From Lama guanicoe (taxonomy: Eukaryota), in contig MU053934.1 of assembly GCA_013239625.1 (NCBI GenBank), positions 837,285 through 901,284 of the forward strand: a stretch of DNA of 64,000 nt, given 5' to 3'. Each line of letters begins with the position of its first letter. The stretch's first letter is position 1. The notes beneath the pieces were generated by a model, which was not told the DNA's origin, searched no databases, and worked only from the letters and a program-made list of their open reading frames with translations. The translations under genes and the position numbers were made by a program. Shown here in pieces: positions 49,165 through 62,358 of the stretch.

Positions 49165-50930
49165 GCATAATTCCTTCATCTGAAAAACATTTATTGAGTC
49201 CCCGCTATTTGCCAGGAAACAGTAATGAACTGGACAGAAAAATCCCTACCCTAATGGAACTTAAACTGGAGGGAGACAGACAATGAACTAGTTTAAAAAA
49301 TTAATCTACAGTATTTCAAGTGGTGAGAAGCAGTATGAGAAAAAAATTAAGCAGAGTAGGGCGGATAGAGATGGAATGCTATTTTATGCATTGTGACCAG
49401 AGAAGACCTCTCTCATCAGGGGAACCTTGAGGGATGATTGGAAAGAAGTGAGAAAGCTGATACCTGGTGCAGGAGAATTCCAGACAGAGGGCAAAGTCCT
49501 TCAGGCGGTGGTATGATGGCATGTTGGAGAAATTAAAAAGGAATCTGAATGATGGGAGAAGAGTGAGCTAGCTCTCAACCTTTTGCACTGTGACCCACAG
49601 AGAGATATAAATTTTCTGTTTGGACTAGTACATACACACATATTTGTGCGTGCACACACACACACACATACTGAAATCAAAATTTCACAAAAGAATGCTC
49701 ATCTTTATCATGCACAATGCACCCTGATATTATCTATTCTATTTCATTCTATTTCATTGAAAATTCTGGTCGTCACTATCTACATTGATTACATAACCTA
49801 TTGGTAGATCAGAACCCACAGTTACACTGAGATAAGTTGAAAGTGCAGGAATTAAGATCAGAGAAGTAGTGAGGCACAGAGAATGGGTTTTTTACGTTCT
49901 GGAGGGGGAGTGGGTAAATAAGGCTATTAGAACATTTAGAGTTAAGGAGTGATTTGTGCGTTTAAAACATGGCTCTGGCTGCTCTTTGGGGAATGTAATA
50001 TAATAGGCCAAAAGTGGGGGCACAGAGAAAAGTAAGGGGTTATTGTGAGGTGACAGGGGCTTGGACCAGACAGCTAGTAGAAGAGGTGGTGAGAAATGGG
50101 CTGATTACAGATTTATTTCAAAGATGGACCCAACACAGTTTTCTGATGGATTGGATGTGGGGTGGTAAATCAAGGTGGAAGACAAAGACAATTCCAATAT
50201 TTCAGGCTTGAGTGACTGGAGGAATAGAGCTGTCCTTTACTGAGAAGGGTCAAACTGAGAAAGAACTAAGTTTGGGAGAGGGAGTGAGATTAAAAGTTCT
50301 GTTTGGGGCAGCATGTGAACTTTGGAGAGACCTAAGTAGAGATGTTAGAAAGTCATTTTTATATTTAGGTCTGGAATTTCATGCTGGCGACATGTATTTT
50401 AAGTGATGAGTTTGTAAATGGTGTTTTGTTTAAACCTTACTGGATAATACTTCTCAGGGACTGTGTATGAGTTACAGAACATTGGTCTAACTCCTGAGCC
50501 CTGAGGCTCACCAACAGCTGGAAGTTGGAAAAGATGGAGAGAAGCTGCAGAGGTGACTAAGATAGAGTGAGCAAAAAAAAAAAAAATACCCAATGGTGGG
50601 GGGAGGATCAAGAGTGAGTGGTGTCCCGGAAGCAAAGCAAGACCATGTTTCACAAAGGAGGGAGTTGTCGTGTGTATCAAATGCTGCTGATGGATTAAGA
50701 TCAGGACTGTGAATTGACTCTTGAACTGGACCATGTGGAGATCATTGGTGACTTTTAAAGAAGCACTTTCAGTGGGATTGGTGCCAAAAAATAGCCTAAT
50801 TGGATTTGGTTCCAAAAAAAAATGGCTGGAGATGAAGGGGAAACAGAGAGTATGGAAAATCATTTTGAAGAGCCTCACTGTAAAGGGGAGCCGAGAAATG
50901 GGATGGGAGCTGTTAGGTGGGAAGTGATAC
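49165..50930 (-). mobile_element. Long L2 fragment
   Basis: aaacatttattgagtccccgctatttgccagg...tgatggattggatgtgggg...tgtatcaaatgctgctga...ggagatcattggtgactttt. Confidence 0.88.
49570..49828. mobile_element. hAT-Charlie-type MITE inside L2
   Basis: ctctcaaccttttgcactgtgacccacag...ctgatattatctattctatttcattctattt...gaacccacagtt...cactg. Confidence 0.7.
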
Positions 50931-51179
50931 TTGCAGCTGTGGCAGGACCTTTTGGCCACAAGGGAAAGGCCAAGAAACCTCAGGGACTTTGGCCAAGAAT
51001 CCTCAGGGACTTTGGCCAGAGACCTTGCCTTGATGAGGTTCTGACTTCATTCAGAAAATAGTAACCACTCCCAGGCTTTAAGCTACTCTCAAACAATCTA
51101 TTACTTGCAGCCAAATGCATCCTAGTGGGAATGTCACCAAACATTTGCTTTCATCAGGCCCTTGGGTTCCTGACAACCT

Positions 51180-51410
51180 GGTAATGTAGCTCGGGGTGTG
51201 GGCATTTGAGTGAATTCCTGATGGGCTGCTGACGAGCTGTTGTTCCTGGGAAAGTTACTCAACATACACGAGCCTCAGTTTCTTCATCTAAACAATGGGT
51301 ATGATAATTGTTATGAATCCATATGGTTATTTAGAGGATTAAATGAAATAATCCTTAGAAAGCAGCACTTATGTAGTGCTCTGAAAATTATAAATGTTCA
51401 ACAAATATAA
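51180..51410 (+). mobile_element. MIR SINE
   Basis: cctgggaaagttactcaac...gagcctcagtttcttcatctaaacaatgggtatgataat...gaggattaaatga. Confidence 0.85.
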
Positions 51411-53826
51411 GTAAGTACGGCTACTTTCTATAGCCTTCACTTAACAGCTCTGGTCAAGGAGAGCCTTTTGCACGTGCCCAGCCTTTGGAAGACCTACAAA
51501 AGCCCTGGCAGGACAGAGAGCTCTGAACAGAAATGGCCTTGAATAAACTTCCAGATCAGGGATCAGGGCCCAGAGGAGGAACTGCTGAGCTCTGAGTCCC
51601 GGACATCTTTCTGCCGGAACAATAGGGCAGCACACTTCTCTTCACAGCTGTCTCTCTCTCCCCCGGCCCACCCTCCCTTTCTGATAGAGTTATTCTGTTG
51701 TTCATCACGCCGCAGCGGCCAGCAGACTGTCCAAGTCCTCTGCAAGCGTCCTAAGTGTATTTACTGCTGAGCAGTGCTGCCTCAGAACAATTAAATCAGA
51801 CGGCGATTGTCAAAAGTGTTGGCAGTTCTTTGGGCTGTGGTTGCCAGACTCCACTTCCTTTGTCGGTTGGCACCTGGAATGTGTAATAAACCTGCCTGGC
51901 TCCTTGCCCCCATATTTCTCCAAGCCCCCGCAGCACAGGCCATTTAGTCCCCAAAGCAGGCCTGGCCTGCCTCAGGCTCTGAAACTAAGCAGTCTCTTAA
52001 TCAGAGAGAAACAAATAACCCTTGGCTACCTAGCCTATCTGAGCATCTCCTGGTGACCTGCACTGCAGCCCCGGAGCGAGCCTGGCCCCTGTTTCTTCTG
52101 AGCCAGGAATCTCAGTTCTTACTCCAGTTCCGGTCTTGTCATCCTGCTCTTGAATCCCCCTCAGACCTGTGCCCTCCTCACTTTGTCATCCTCCTTTCTC
52201 CAGCCGGGGCCACCTGACCTCCATCTTCAGCCAGCCTTCCAGCCATTCTTTAGGGCCTGTTTTGATCTGACCTGCAAGAGGCACCATCTGTGTAGAGTCA
52301 ATGCATGGCTGTAGAAACTTTCATTCCTCTTATTGCTCCGGTGAATCATCTGAGAAGGACCAGTGAGTGTCCCAAGGAAACACAAATGGTAGGAGGGAGG
52401 GATGTGTTCAGAGGGAGGGTAGCTTTTTAAGGGTGTGAGATGCATTCAAACGATTTGCCTCCCCTCCCCTTGCAACTTTGCTTTCCTTTCACCCTTCATT
52501 CGGGAGTTCTTCATCAGGATATTCTTCATTCAGGATATCTGATTCGGCTCCGTATCCTGGTGGTGAGGGTGACCACACCTACAGAGGCAGCACTAGGATG
52601 ACAACAGTTTCTTTCTCTTTCTCTTTTTTTTCTCGCTGCTCTCTCTTTCTCTCTCAGGCTTGAATGTTGTCATTCAACATGTAGGGTTTGGTCCCATGGG
52701 GGTGGAGAAAACTCTTCTCACCCAGGTTTTGGTCTTCATCTTCCAGCGAAATTTACCAGAGAGCTCTGCATGGGGCTTTGGGCACAAGCCCAACTAATAA
52801 TAAAATTTTACTGAGTGTTCCCATTTGTCATTGCCCTTTGTGAGGGTCTCTTCCTTGGGTTGAAGCTAGGGTGGCTGGATTTGAGTATTCTTTTGGGTTC
52901 CAAAGACCCAAACCTTATGATGAATTCCTGAGCATCACGTCCGTCAGGCTTCAAATCTAGTGCTCTGAATGTAAAACACTTAGTACAACACAAGGCATTA
53001 AATGCAGCAATAAAGGCCTTCCCACCACCTAACAAAGCCGCGGCACTGATGGGATCTCCTATGTATAATAAAATGCTAAGCATTTGCTCAAACATGCCTT
53101 TAATCTCAGAGAGAAAATTCCATCTGGAACTTCCTCTGGATATTCCACAATGGCTGCAAATTTCTTATGTTTGGCTGAATAAAATACCATCACTTCAATA
53201 ATGGGAAACACAAAGGCTTTTCAAAGGCATGTGCTGTACAAGAAGCGTTCTTTTTATTTTATGTTTTAAACTCAAACAGTTGACTTTTAATATCTGATGT
53301 TTGAATTTGTAGTTAGGGTTTTGTTTTTTTTTTAACCTTAGGCCCATACATTTCTGTGGCAAGAGAGAGAAGAGAGACTTAGGTTTATTAAAAGAATAAT
53401 AAAACATCTTTAAAAAGTTGTTCTGTGTTGGGTTGGGTCTGTGGAAGATGAGGAAGTGGCAGGTCTGAAAGAGGTAACTCTGCATCTCAAAGACGCTTCC
53501 CTCTGCACAAACTGAGGAATCGCCCATCCACGTGGAGATCTCCCTCCACATTTAGCCCTGAACTCACCCTCAACAATCTCCATGCTGATTCCCTCGGTCT
53601 GCCTTTCCAATTTCACTCTGTGACCCCCTTTGGCATTTGGCTTATCTTTATACTGCATTCGTCAGCCTCAGTTTCCTGGGAGATTTACGAGAAAGTCTAT
53701 TCCAGCCAAATGCTCATCTTGATTCTGGGATGGAAATTCTGGCCTGAGTCCAGATCCTGCTCCTTTTCATCTTTTGCAACAGGAAAATATGGTGGGAAGA
53801 CTATGGGGCTTAAAGGAAGATTTTAG

Positions 53827-54232
53827 TTGCATCTCAGTCCCCTCATTTCACGGCTTTGGGTAGGGTATCATTTAAGATGATATTATGGGCTGTAATGAAT
53901 AAAGTCCCAAAGGTAAGGAGTATGTAATAGCTGTTTTCTTCGTGTTCACTTCACAGTTTGACCTTCATGCGCCTTGACATTGGGCGGCCTTCCTTGTGGT
54001 GATTCAGGAACTGGGGCTTTCCCATGTGATAATTGCATCTCAGCCCCCTCATTTCATGGCTTTGGGTAGGGTATCATTTAGGGTGATATTATGTGCTGTA
54101 ATGAATAAAGTCCCAAAGGTAAGGAATATGTAATAGCTGTTCACTTTGTGTTCACTTCAGTTTGACCTTCATGCGCCTTGTTATTGGGCGGCCTTCCTTG
54201 TGGTGATTCAGGAACTGGGGCTTTCCCATGTG
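53827..54232. repeat. Direct tandem duplication of about 200 bp
   Basis: 53827-54028 and 54033-54232 both run ttgcatctcag...ctttcccatgtg, with an ataa spacer. Confidence 0.97.
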
Positions 54233-54495
54233 GGGGCTCCACCCTCTCCTAGACCCTCAGAATCCTCTTCATTCAGTCTGCGTGCAGAGAAATAGAGGAC
54301 TGAAGAGGTATAACCACTTCTTAGCCAACTCAGCCTGGAGGTGACACACATTCGATTAGTAAGATCTTTTCAAAGGGCCCAATTAGATCAAAGTTGAACT
54401 TGAAATGTAACCTTTGGCTGGTCAGCTACTGTGAAGCAATGACCTATACTACTGAAGAGATAACAAAAATCTTTGGTGGCAGTTAGCTTTTTCTA
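54070..54495 (-). mobile_element. Old MLT1-like LTR, partly included in the duplication
   Basis: tgctgtaatgaataaagtcccaaa...gtgattcaggaactggggcttt...cagcctggaggtgacacaca...aatctttggtggcagttagc. Confidence 0.6.
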
Positions 54496-54791
54496 AACCT
54501 CTCTAAGCCTCCATTTCCTTATCTGAAAAATGGAGCTCCTAGAGATGCTAAATAAAGGATCCGAGGTCCCACTGTTGGTAAACAGTGAGGTTAATACTAA
54601 AAGCAGTATATCCCAGCTCATATTCTATATTGTCACTACTACAGCTGTCAACAACATAAAAACTTTTCGGGTCAGTGTGGACCATGTCCTCTCCACTTTT
54701 CCCTCATACCCTAATGTGAAGCTTGGGAAAGAACTGTTCTGAGTTGATGAACATCTGTCTTTGTAAAACATAGAAGTAAATGATGGGGTCC

Positions 54792-55238
54792 AGTAGTGGG
54801 ATGAATAGGACCACTCGAATAATATCCATCCAGAATCTCAGAATATGACCTTGTTTGGAAATAGGGTTTCTGCAGATGTATTTCATTAAGGATATGAGGA
54901 TGAGGTCATCCTGGATTTAGGGTAGGTTTCATATCCAATGACTTGTATCCTTATAAAAAGGAAGAGAGGATACAGAGACATGGGGAAGAAAGCCATGTGA
55001 AGATGGAGGCAGAGATTGGAGTCATGCTGCCACAACCGAGGAACACCAAGAGCCACCGTAAATTAGAAGATGCAAGGAAAGATTCTCCCCTAGAAACTTC
55101 AGGGGCAGCATGGTCTTGCAGATACCTTGATCTGGGGCTTCTGGCTTTCAGAACTTGGAGGCAATACATTTCCGTTGTGTAAACTTGTTACTGCAAGCAT
55201 GTGACAATTTGCTTCGGCAAACCTAGGCGACTCATCTA
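54792..55238 (+). mobile_element. MLT1B/C-like MaLR LTR
   Basis: cagaatatgaccttgtttggaaataggg...catgtgaagatggaggcagagattggagt...gattctcccctaga. Confidence 0.92.
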
Positions 55239-55714
55239 GCCACCCCCCATGAACAAATGGGGGCTCCTTCCTCGTCACTCAAAGGGTAGCTGGAAACAGA
55301 AACTCTCCAACAGGAAGCTTTCACCTGAGGCAAGGAAAGCGCAGCCCCCGTGTTCAGTCTGTGACGAATCGTGTCCATTTCAGTGGCCCTCAGTGTCGCA
55401 TGAAGAATTTGCTTCACTAGCACCACGTACTTAGGAGCCAGTCAGTTCTTCGGTCCCTGGATCCAGCATCTTAACCTGCAGCACTTCTCCGATTGCTGGA
55501 AGAACACACACTTGGCGTGAGGCCTGGGTTCAGATCTGCGTTCTGCCCCATACTCTTTATGCGATCAGGAGTCAGTCAGTTTCCTCACGCGGTGGCACAA
55601 TCTCTACCCCTTCCTCGTAGAATTAAATGAAACAGTACTTGCGAAGCATCCGTCACAGAGTTGGTGCACAGCAGGGACGCCTCTGCCGAGTTTATGATTA
55701 ACCTCTATCCAAGC

Positions 55715-56385
55715 TGTTACTCCCTTTCTTGTCCAACACCTGTTGCCCTCAGGATTGAGGGGCATCAAAGAAAAGGGGAGATTGAAACTGCGTAAGAGCC
55801 CCTGTGTCCCTGTCCTTTAAACTAAAAGGCTTTTTCCTTTAGTCTCCGAGGCCTCCCCTGAGTCTCAAAAGCCTGGCTCAAGAGTTAATGCTCAGGAAAT
55901 GTGAAGATGTAGAAATAAAGAAAACTTATTGGGCTGGAAAACTGGTAACAATTTAGACTATAAACCAGCTTCATTAGCAGAGTCATGGAACTCCCAGTTC
56001 CCTGAGAGATAAAGATCTGACACAGATTTCTAAGTTGTTTTTGCAGAGAGCAGACCCCCCACCCGGTGAGAATTGCTGACTGCAGGCACATAGACCTCAG
56101 ATCAGTTGAAACCAGAAGATTGGTGATGCTTGAAACTTCCCCTTGATGCCAACCAATCTGAGAATGCTGCAGAAGCTGATCACGCACCCTGCCGCCCCCT
56201 CCCTCACACTGCCTTTAAATCCTTTGTCTCCTAACTGGCGACTTGGAGATGCTCTTAGGACATTCGTCTACCATCTTCCCAGGTTGCTGGCCTCCTGAAT
56301 AAAGCACCTTTTCCTTTCCGCCAACACTTGCCTCTCGAGTATTGGCCCTTTGAGTGGCGAGCAGCCAAACATGGGTTCGGTACCA
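55715..56385 (+). mobile_element. ERV1-class solo LTR
   Basis: Begins tgttac and ends ggtacca (TG...CA); contains aaccaatc, tttaaat, aataaa (56298-56303) and a U5-like ggcgagcagccaaac. Confidence 0.75.
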
Positions 56386-57374
56386 GCCTCATCCAGTTAC
56401 ACTTTGAGCTTCTTTCCTGTCCTCACCATTTATCTGGTCCCCCGAATTTAACTTTAGATTTTCCTATTACCTAATTTCAATAGATTTTTTTTTTTAGATT
56501 TTAACCTCCACACAGTTAAAGACTGTGTCTGTGTGGCTCACTGTTACAGTCCTAACGCTTGACAATACTGCTGGGGTGAATAATTGAATCTGCCTTGCCC
56601 CTGGGCTAAGATCTCTGAGAACAGGGGCCCCCTGCTCTTACTTGTGTTCTCTGCAAGACTTTCTTCTAACGGGACAAGAAAGTATGCTCAGGGTGTTGCC
56701 TTGATTGAATTATCGTGAAAGTGAATGAAAAATAGGAAGAAAAATCTTCGGATCCAAAAAGAGAAGAGTTTGAGATGAATGCATTTCGGGCCTTTTAATT
56801 GTCAAGGGCTGCTGGTTCTCAGAATCGGAGCACTTTGTTATCTTTTTAACTTGAACATATATAGATTGACAAGAGCCTGTTTCAAGGAATGTGTTCAGGA
56901 TCATTGACTCCAAAGGAACTGTGAAGCGCAACCATTTTTCTCTTCAGAGGGATGGACTAAAAGGTCAGGGCTTTTAAAGTCAGTAAAATAATGCTTGAGC
57001 TCTCTCTCTCTCTCTCTCTTTAAAACCTTTCTGGGAGGAAGAGTCCTGGAACTCGCTGGGACAGAGCGAGCGTTGTAGCATGCGCTGTTCCCAGAATCTT
57101 TGGTTCCGACGTCATGTCTCCTGGAGTGTTCTGCCCGCCTCCCATGTCTGTCCTTCCCTTGGGACCACATGCTCCCGCCCATCTAACGTGCCCCACTGAC
57201 TGCTGTGGAGCCTGGTAGCACATGATGGGGTGCTCGTAGCGTGGCAGCTGCTGGGGGGGAAGGATATGGTGTTTCCTCACTGGCTAACCCGGCAGATCTG
57301 GGGGTAGTGAAATATCCCTGAGTTGGTGCCAACTGGAACTTGTTTCAACAGCATTCTCCCACTTTTGAAATAAT

Positions 57375-57500
57375 GGGTATGTTAATTGGCTTTACTGTGC
57401 TAGTCATTCACAGTATATATGTGTATCAAAACATCACGCTGTACACCTTACAAACATTAAAGTTTCGTTTTTCAATTATACCTCAGTAAAGCTAGAAAAG
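57375..57500 (+). mobile_element. Short L1M 3' terminus
   Basis: tatcaaaacatcacgctgtacacctta...tcaattatacctcagtaaagctagaaaa. Confidence 0.85.
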
Positions 57501-57514
57501 AAATGATGTCTTAG

Positions 57515-57735
57515 CAATGGTCTATTGAGGTTTCACTATGTGCCAAGCATGATGCTAAGCATTTTGCACCATCTTTTTCATTTAACCCCCATAATTATCC
57601 ACTGAATTAGGTACCATCTTTATCATCTATCTTAGTTTTACAGATGGGAATCTGAAACTCAGAGAAGTTAAGTAACATGCCCAAGGTTGCACAGCTCAGA
57701 AGAGAAAAGCAGAATTTGAATCCAAGTGTTTCTAA
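57515..57735 (-). mobile_element. MIR SINE
   Basis: cactatgtgccaagca...ttttacagatgggaatctgaaactcagagaagttaagtaacatgcccaaggt. Confidence 0.88.
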
Positions 57736-58704
57736 GAATTTGAAAGGGGCATTGTAAGTGTCAGGAGCTAAGTCTACTGCCTTAGAGACCTCAGATCAAA
57801 TGGTTTCACCTTCTGTGGAAAGATTAAAGTGCTGGAGTAAACTGGACACTCCCTCTGAGCATCCTGGCAGCAGTGGGGTAAGGGTAAATCAGCGCAAGTG
57901 GGGTCTGATCAATAACTCTAGTTCTCTCCTTCCTTCCTGACCTCCAAGCTTGTTTGTTCCAAGATGTCCCCATTCGAAGTTAAGCACATTTCCTGGACCT
58001 GCCATGCTCCGAGGGTGTCTTCAGTATCTGCTCATTCTCCATTCCTTGCAGCTGGGGCCGCTTTGACCTCAAGCCTGACTGCAGCAAGGGGGTTTCAGAA
58101 AGTCAAAGTTGAAAAATCTGGGGGCTCAGCATTAAGTTTTACCCCTTCTCTTGTGTTAGCTTGTGGTCCAAATTCCAAGATGCCGGCTTCTAACATAGTT
58201 TGGAGAGTGAGGTTCCTAGAGCAGTTGCCCGTGACGTGATCTAAACAATTCTAGGATGGGATCTCAAGCAATTGATTTTGACCTTCTTCACTGATGTTTC
58301 TTCACTTGAGTCCAAACCATTCCCTAGTCAAATTCAAATCCCTTGGCAGACTATGAGTTCTACCTCCCTGCAATCTGGACTGCAGATAAAGGATTTTTAA
58401 TCTTAACCTGTTCCATGGGATCCGACTTTACTTCATGCTGGTAAGATCTGAGGTACAGCCTTGCTGTTAGAATAGAGCTGGCCTTGGGTCATGTTGAAAT
58501 TAGAAGTGTTTTAAGCTTATTTTAGGGGAAAGGGTGCTGTATGTTGCCCTGTTCATCTTGGCAGAGGTCTCTGCGTTGGACTTTGAGCCTGAGTCCCAGC
58601 TTAGAAAATTAAGGATGATTTTGCCTTCCATTAGTCGGTCATTGTCTTGTGTGTATTTCTCCGTCAAGAGCTAAGTGAAGTGATTATTGATCATAAGCAA
58701 AAAT

Positions 58705-59112
58705 TAGAGAGTCAGTATGACACAGAAATTAAGACATGAATTCTGGAGCGGGATTGTCTAGATTTAAATCCTGGGGCTGTCACCCACTAACTGGGTGAGT
58801 TTTTCTTCTGTAGAATGAGTATGAGTACCTACTTTGGAGAATGCTAACATTTTCATGGTTTGCTGTGAGGCTCAGGTGATTTATTTCATGTGAAATATGC
58901 TTAGAGCAGGGGCATGGCACATGGTAAACATTCAACAAATGTTAACTGGAATGAATGATTATTGTGGACATAATGTAATTTCTGACTCGAAACTGGAATT
59001 CACATTTGACTTGGATTCATAGCTTAGTTCAGCCAGTTGGGCACTGTGTGACGTTTGCTGAGTCACATAGCCTCTCTGGGCCCTAGTTTCTCCTCAGTTG
59101 TAAAATAGGGCT
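58705..59112 (+). mobile_element. Two MIR copies
   Basis: ttctggagcgggattgtctagatttaaatcctgg...ggcacatggtaaacattcaacaaatgtt; ctgtgtgacgtttgctgagtcacatagcctctctgggccctagtttc. Confidence 0.8.
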
Positions 59113-60434
59113 GAATGCTGCGCCCTTGATGCACTTTCTCCCACTCATCCTGTCTTTGGGTTCTTTCTCCATTGTTCTCCCAGTAAACACTGCCTCCAGG
59201 AAGTCCTATGTAATAAGCTGACACAGGAGCGTGAGGCATCAAACCACCTCTCCCTGCTCTCTCCTTTCACATCCTGGTTTCTGCCCAGGGAATCCAGACC
59301 TGAGACCCGCTGGAAAAGGACTTTCAGAGGACGATGAGTGGTTCTGGATTTTGGGGAGGGGCAGTTAGCCTAGCTGACCACCACGTGGGCAGTTGGCGGT
59401 GAGGTTAGGTAAGGTAAAGAAGGCTCACAGGCAGTAAGGAGAAGTAAGGGGTTTTGAAACAGAAGGAGTGGGAGGGAGAGTGTGGAAGCTCAGAGGGGAG
59501 AGGGCTGTTTAACATGGGAGGGGCATTTGCTTTTCATCCATGTAGCTCTCAAAGGCGGTGACAGGGTTCCCTGCCGTCCACAACACACGTCCCTGGTTTT
59601 GCTTCTATTCCTTTTACTGCATTTTGGAGGGGAGATGCAGGTACCAGTGTAGAAACTGGTCAGTTGGGCTCACTTTAACCTCTTGGCCATGCTGTCTTTC
59701 AAGGGATCTTGGCCTGAGACCTGGTGTTCTGATCTCAAAGAAGGGGCATCTCGATGAACAGGAGGTGGTGGCCTTTGAGTTGGGGTATCATGACTTCTCT
59801 GGGGCCACATCAAAATTCTTACCTGGCTCAGTCCCTACCGTGGAGTCCTTAGGACCCCATCCATCTAAATCCCTCACTTCAGGAGCCCATGAGGTGCCTC
59901 CTAGGGGTCGCCAATGGCTGCACCCACCATTTCCTTCCATCCCCAGCACCTGCTAGCTCTTGCTCCCTTGACCCAGACCACGAAGTCACCCTTTAGCTGA
60001 AAGGTCATCGTCTCTCTGCTTCCAGGTGACTGAGGGGAGGTAATACTCTTACCTCCTTAACAGCTAAACAAATTTCTTCTGTTCCAAAAATCATCAAGTG
60101 AATACTTGGGATTCACCTTCTGTTCCACCTGTATTGCCTTCTCTCCCTGGGTTATAAAGCTTTGGTTTCTAAATCAAAAGACACAGGGATAGAGCTATTT
60201 CCTCAGACTCAGTCTTACAGCATCAATCTGTCACCCCATCACACCATTCTGTTCCCTAGGACTTTGGTTCAAGTTCCCAAACTAAAAGTCATTGACTGTA
60301 TCCCTAGGAGCCTTGACTCCATTGTTTCTTTGACTTGCATCCATTCCTTGCTACCAATAAATCTCTCTCAAATTCCTTTTACTATCAGGCATGCCAACCC
60401 GGAGTTTATACGGTATTTTGGTTAGGGACTTAGG

Positions 60435-60830
60435 CGCAATTTCCATGAAGCCAGGGACCACGTTTATTTCATTCATCACACATCCTCATCACTAGCAGAG
60501 TACCTGGCACTTAACAGAGTCTCAGGAAATGCAAGTTGTGTGGTAAGTATTTTCCCAGACGTTCTTCCTCTTAGTAAACCTGTGGACTCACTCTTATCCT
60601 ACAATATTCGAGCTAAGCCTCCTTGCTTCCTGGAAGCCTTCCCTCACTGCCCGGAGTCTGATTAAGATGCTCTCCTCTGAGCCCTCACAGTAACATGCTT
60701 GCCTGTGGCATGGCACTTTGCTCAAAGAACATAATAATTTATTTACATGTCTGTCTTGTGCAAGCTCCTGAAAGCCAGGAAGAATCTTTTATTTGTCACG
60801 TTTGATAAATGAAAAATAAAAAGAATAAAT
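60435..60830 (+). mobile_element. L2 3' fragments
   Basis: ttccatgaagccagggacc...ctagcagagtacctggcac; ttcctggaagccttccct...aagctcctgaaagccagga. Confidence 0.7.
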
Positions 60831-62333
60831 CAGTGGGTGGCCTTGGTCCCTGATCACACCCCGTAGTTAATCATTGGCCCCCTCATATGCTCCTTGGACT
60901 CTCATTTAAATCAATCCTCAGAGTCTGGAAATGTCTGAAAATGCAAGGGGTATGTATGTAGCTCAGGATGTGAATCTAAGATTCCATCCCATAACATATA
61001 CACATCCCATCAGTTATTAAAGCAGGGACATGACTTGCTTTGAATTGAGTTGGCACGGATATCTTTATGTTTTGGTGGGGATAGGGACAGGCACAGGACC
61101 CTGAAAATGGGAACTCTTGAAGATGGAAGCCCTTGACTTCCTCCTGGAAGAGCAGCCTGGTCAATTCTCACATTTATACACCTGCTAGTGGGACATTCCG
61201 GTGACCTATTCTGGTGGAGTGGGTCCTTGCTGCCTTAGCTCAAGGTGCCAGATGCTGACCAAAAGCTACGGTCCTGATTTCTGCATGGGCCCCCCTCAGA
61301 TTCCCCACGTCATCCCCATCAGGACTCCTGCCTTTTGTTGACCTGCTAGAAATGTGACCCAGGCTGATCTCAGGGACCCGGTTCCTTTGAGCTGACCTGA
61401 GCCTGGTGGGTCTAGTCCTCAGCTTTTATTCTGGCACATCTCAACTCCAGGGAGAGAAAGAGAAGTGGACCCTGCGTTTGTAAGAGGAGCGAGAGTGGCG
61501 GCTTGTCCTCAATAGTTCTGATGTCAGCATCTCCAGGCCAGGACTTACTGCGTGGGAGAGCTCCCAGAAGCCTGTCCCCTCCTGTCGTCGCTGGGATAGC
61601 GTTAACTCTCCTTTATGTTTCCAGGGAGCACTGCTTTCCCCTCAGCACTTTTTTTTGTCTCATTTCACTCTCACAACAGCCTTGAAGAAAAACAGGGAAC
61701 AAGTAGTTTTATTGTGGAAATGTGGTCCAGTTGTCCTGTTCTCTGCTACTGTCTGACTGTGATAATGCACAGTCGTCTACCTGCAGTGCTGTCCTCGCCT
61801 CACCTCTCGTCGCTGTGCTTCATCTCCAGCCCATCCTCCCCCACTGCACTCTACTCCACTCCATCCCATCCCTTTCCGCACCAAAGCTCCTTACGGAAGT
61901 GACAGTTGCACATCAGAAAAACCACGAGCTTTGAGGTCAGACTTAGGTTCAAATCCCCGCTCTTATGAGTTATGTGGCATCCTATCTCCAGCACTTTTTT
62001 TTTTGTAAGATGTAGAGATCAACACCCAATCCACATGGAGAATAGTGAGAGCTGAGTGATGGGACCAAATGAAAGCTTGATACAGACTGAGAGTCCATAT
62101 CCAAATATTGGGATCATTATATATTATGTGGAAGGCGTGATGCTAGTCACTGGGGCAAATTCAAATGCTAGAACATAGGGTCTCTGTCTTGTAGAGTCTT
62201 GCAATTTATAAAAGGGGATAACCGTGCCCTTGTTAACTATAAACTCCAATGTATATACTATATACTACAATGTGTTAAGTCTTATGAGAAGAACAAAATA
62301 GAGTAAACGAAATATCTCTAACCTGGAGAGGGC

Positions 62334-62358
62334 GTGTGTGTGTGTGTGTGTGTGTGTG
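62334..62358. repeat. (GT)n microsatellite
   Basis: About 12 GT units. Confidence 0.95.

Noticed and set aside
50399..50959. Longest ORF (186 aa)
   Set aside because: It lies within an L2 relic, crosses a homopolymer run and has no recognisable domain.
57780..58250. Possible ancient LTR relic here and at about 63300-63620
   Set aside because: The resemblance is too weak to assign without an HMM search.
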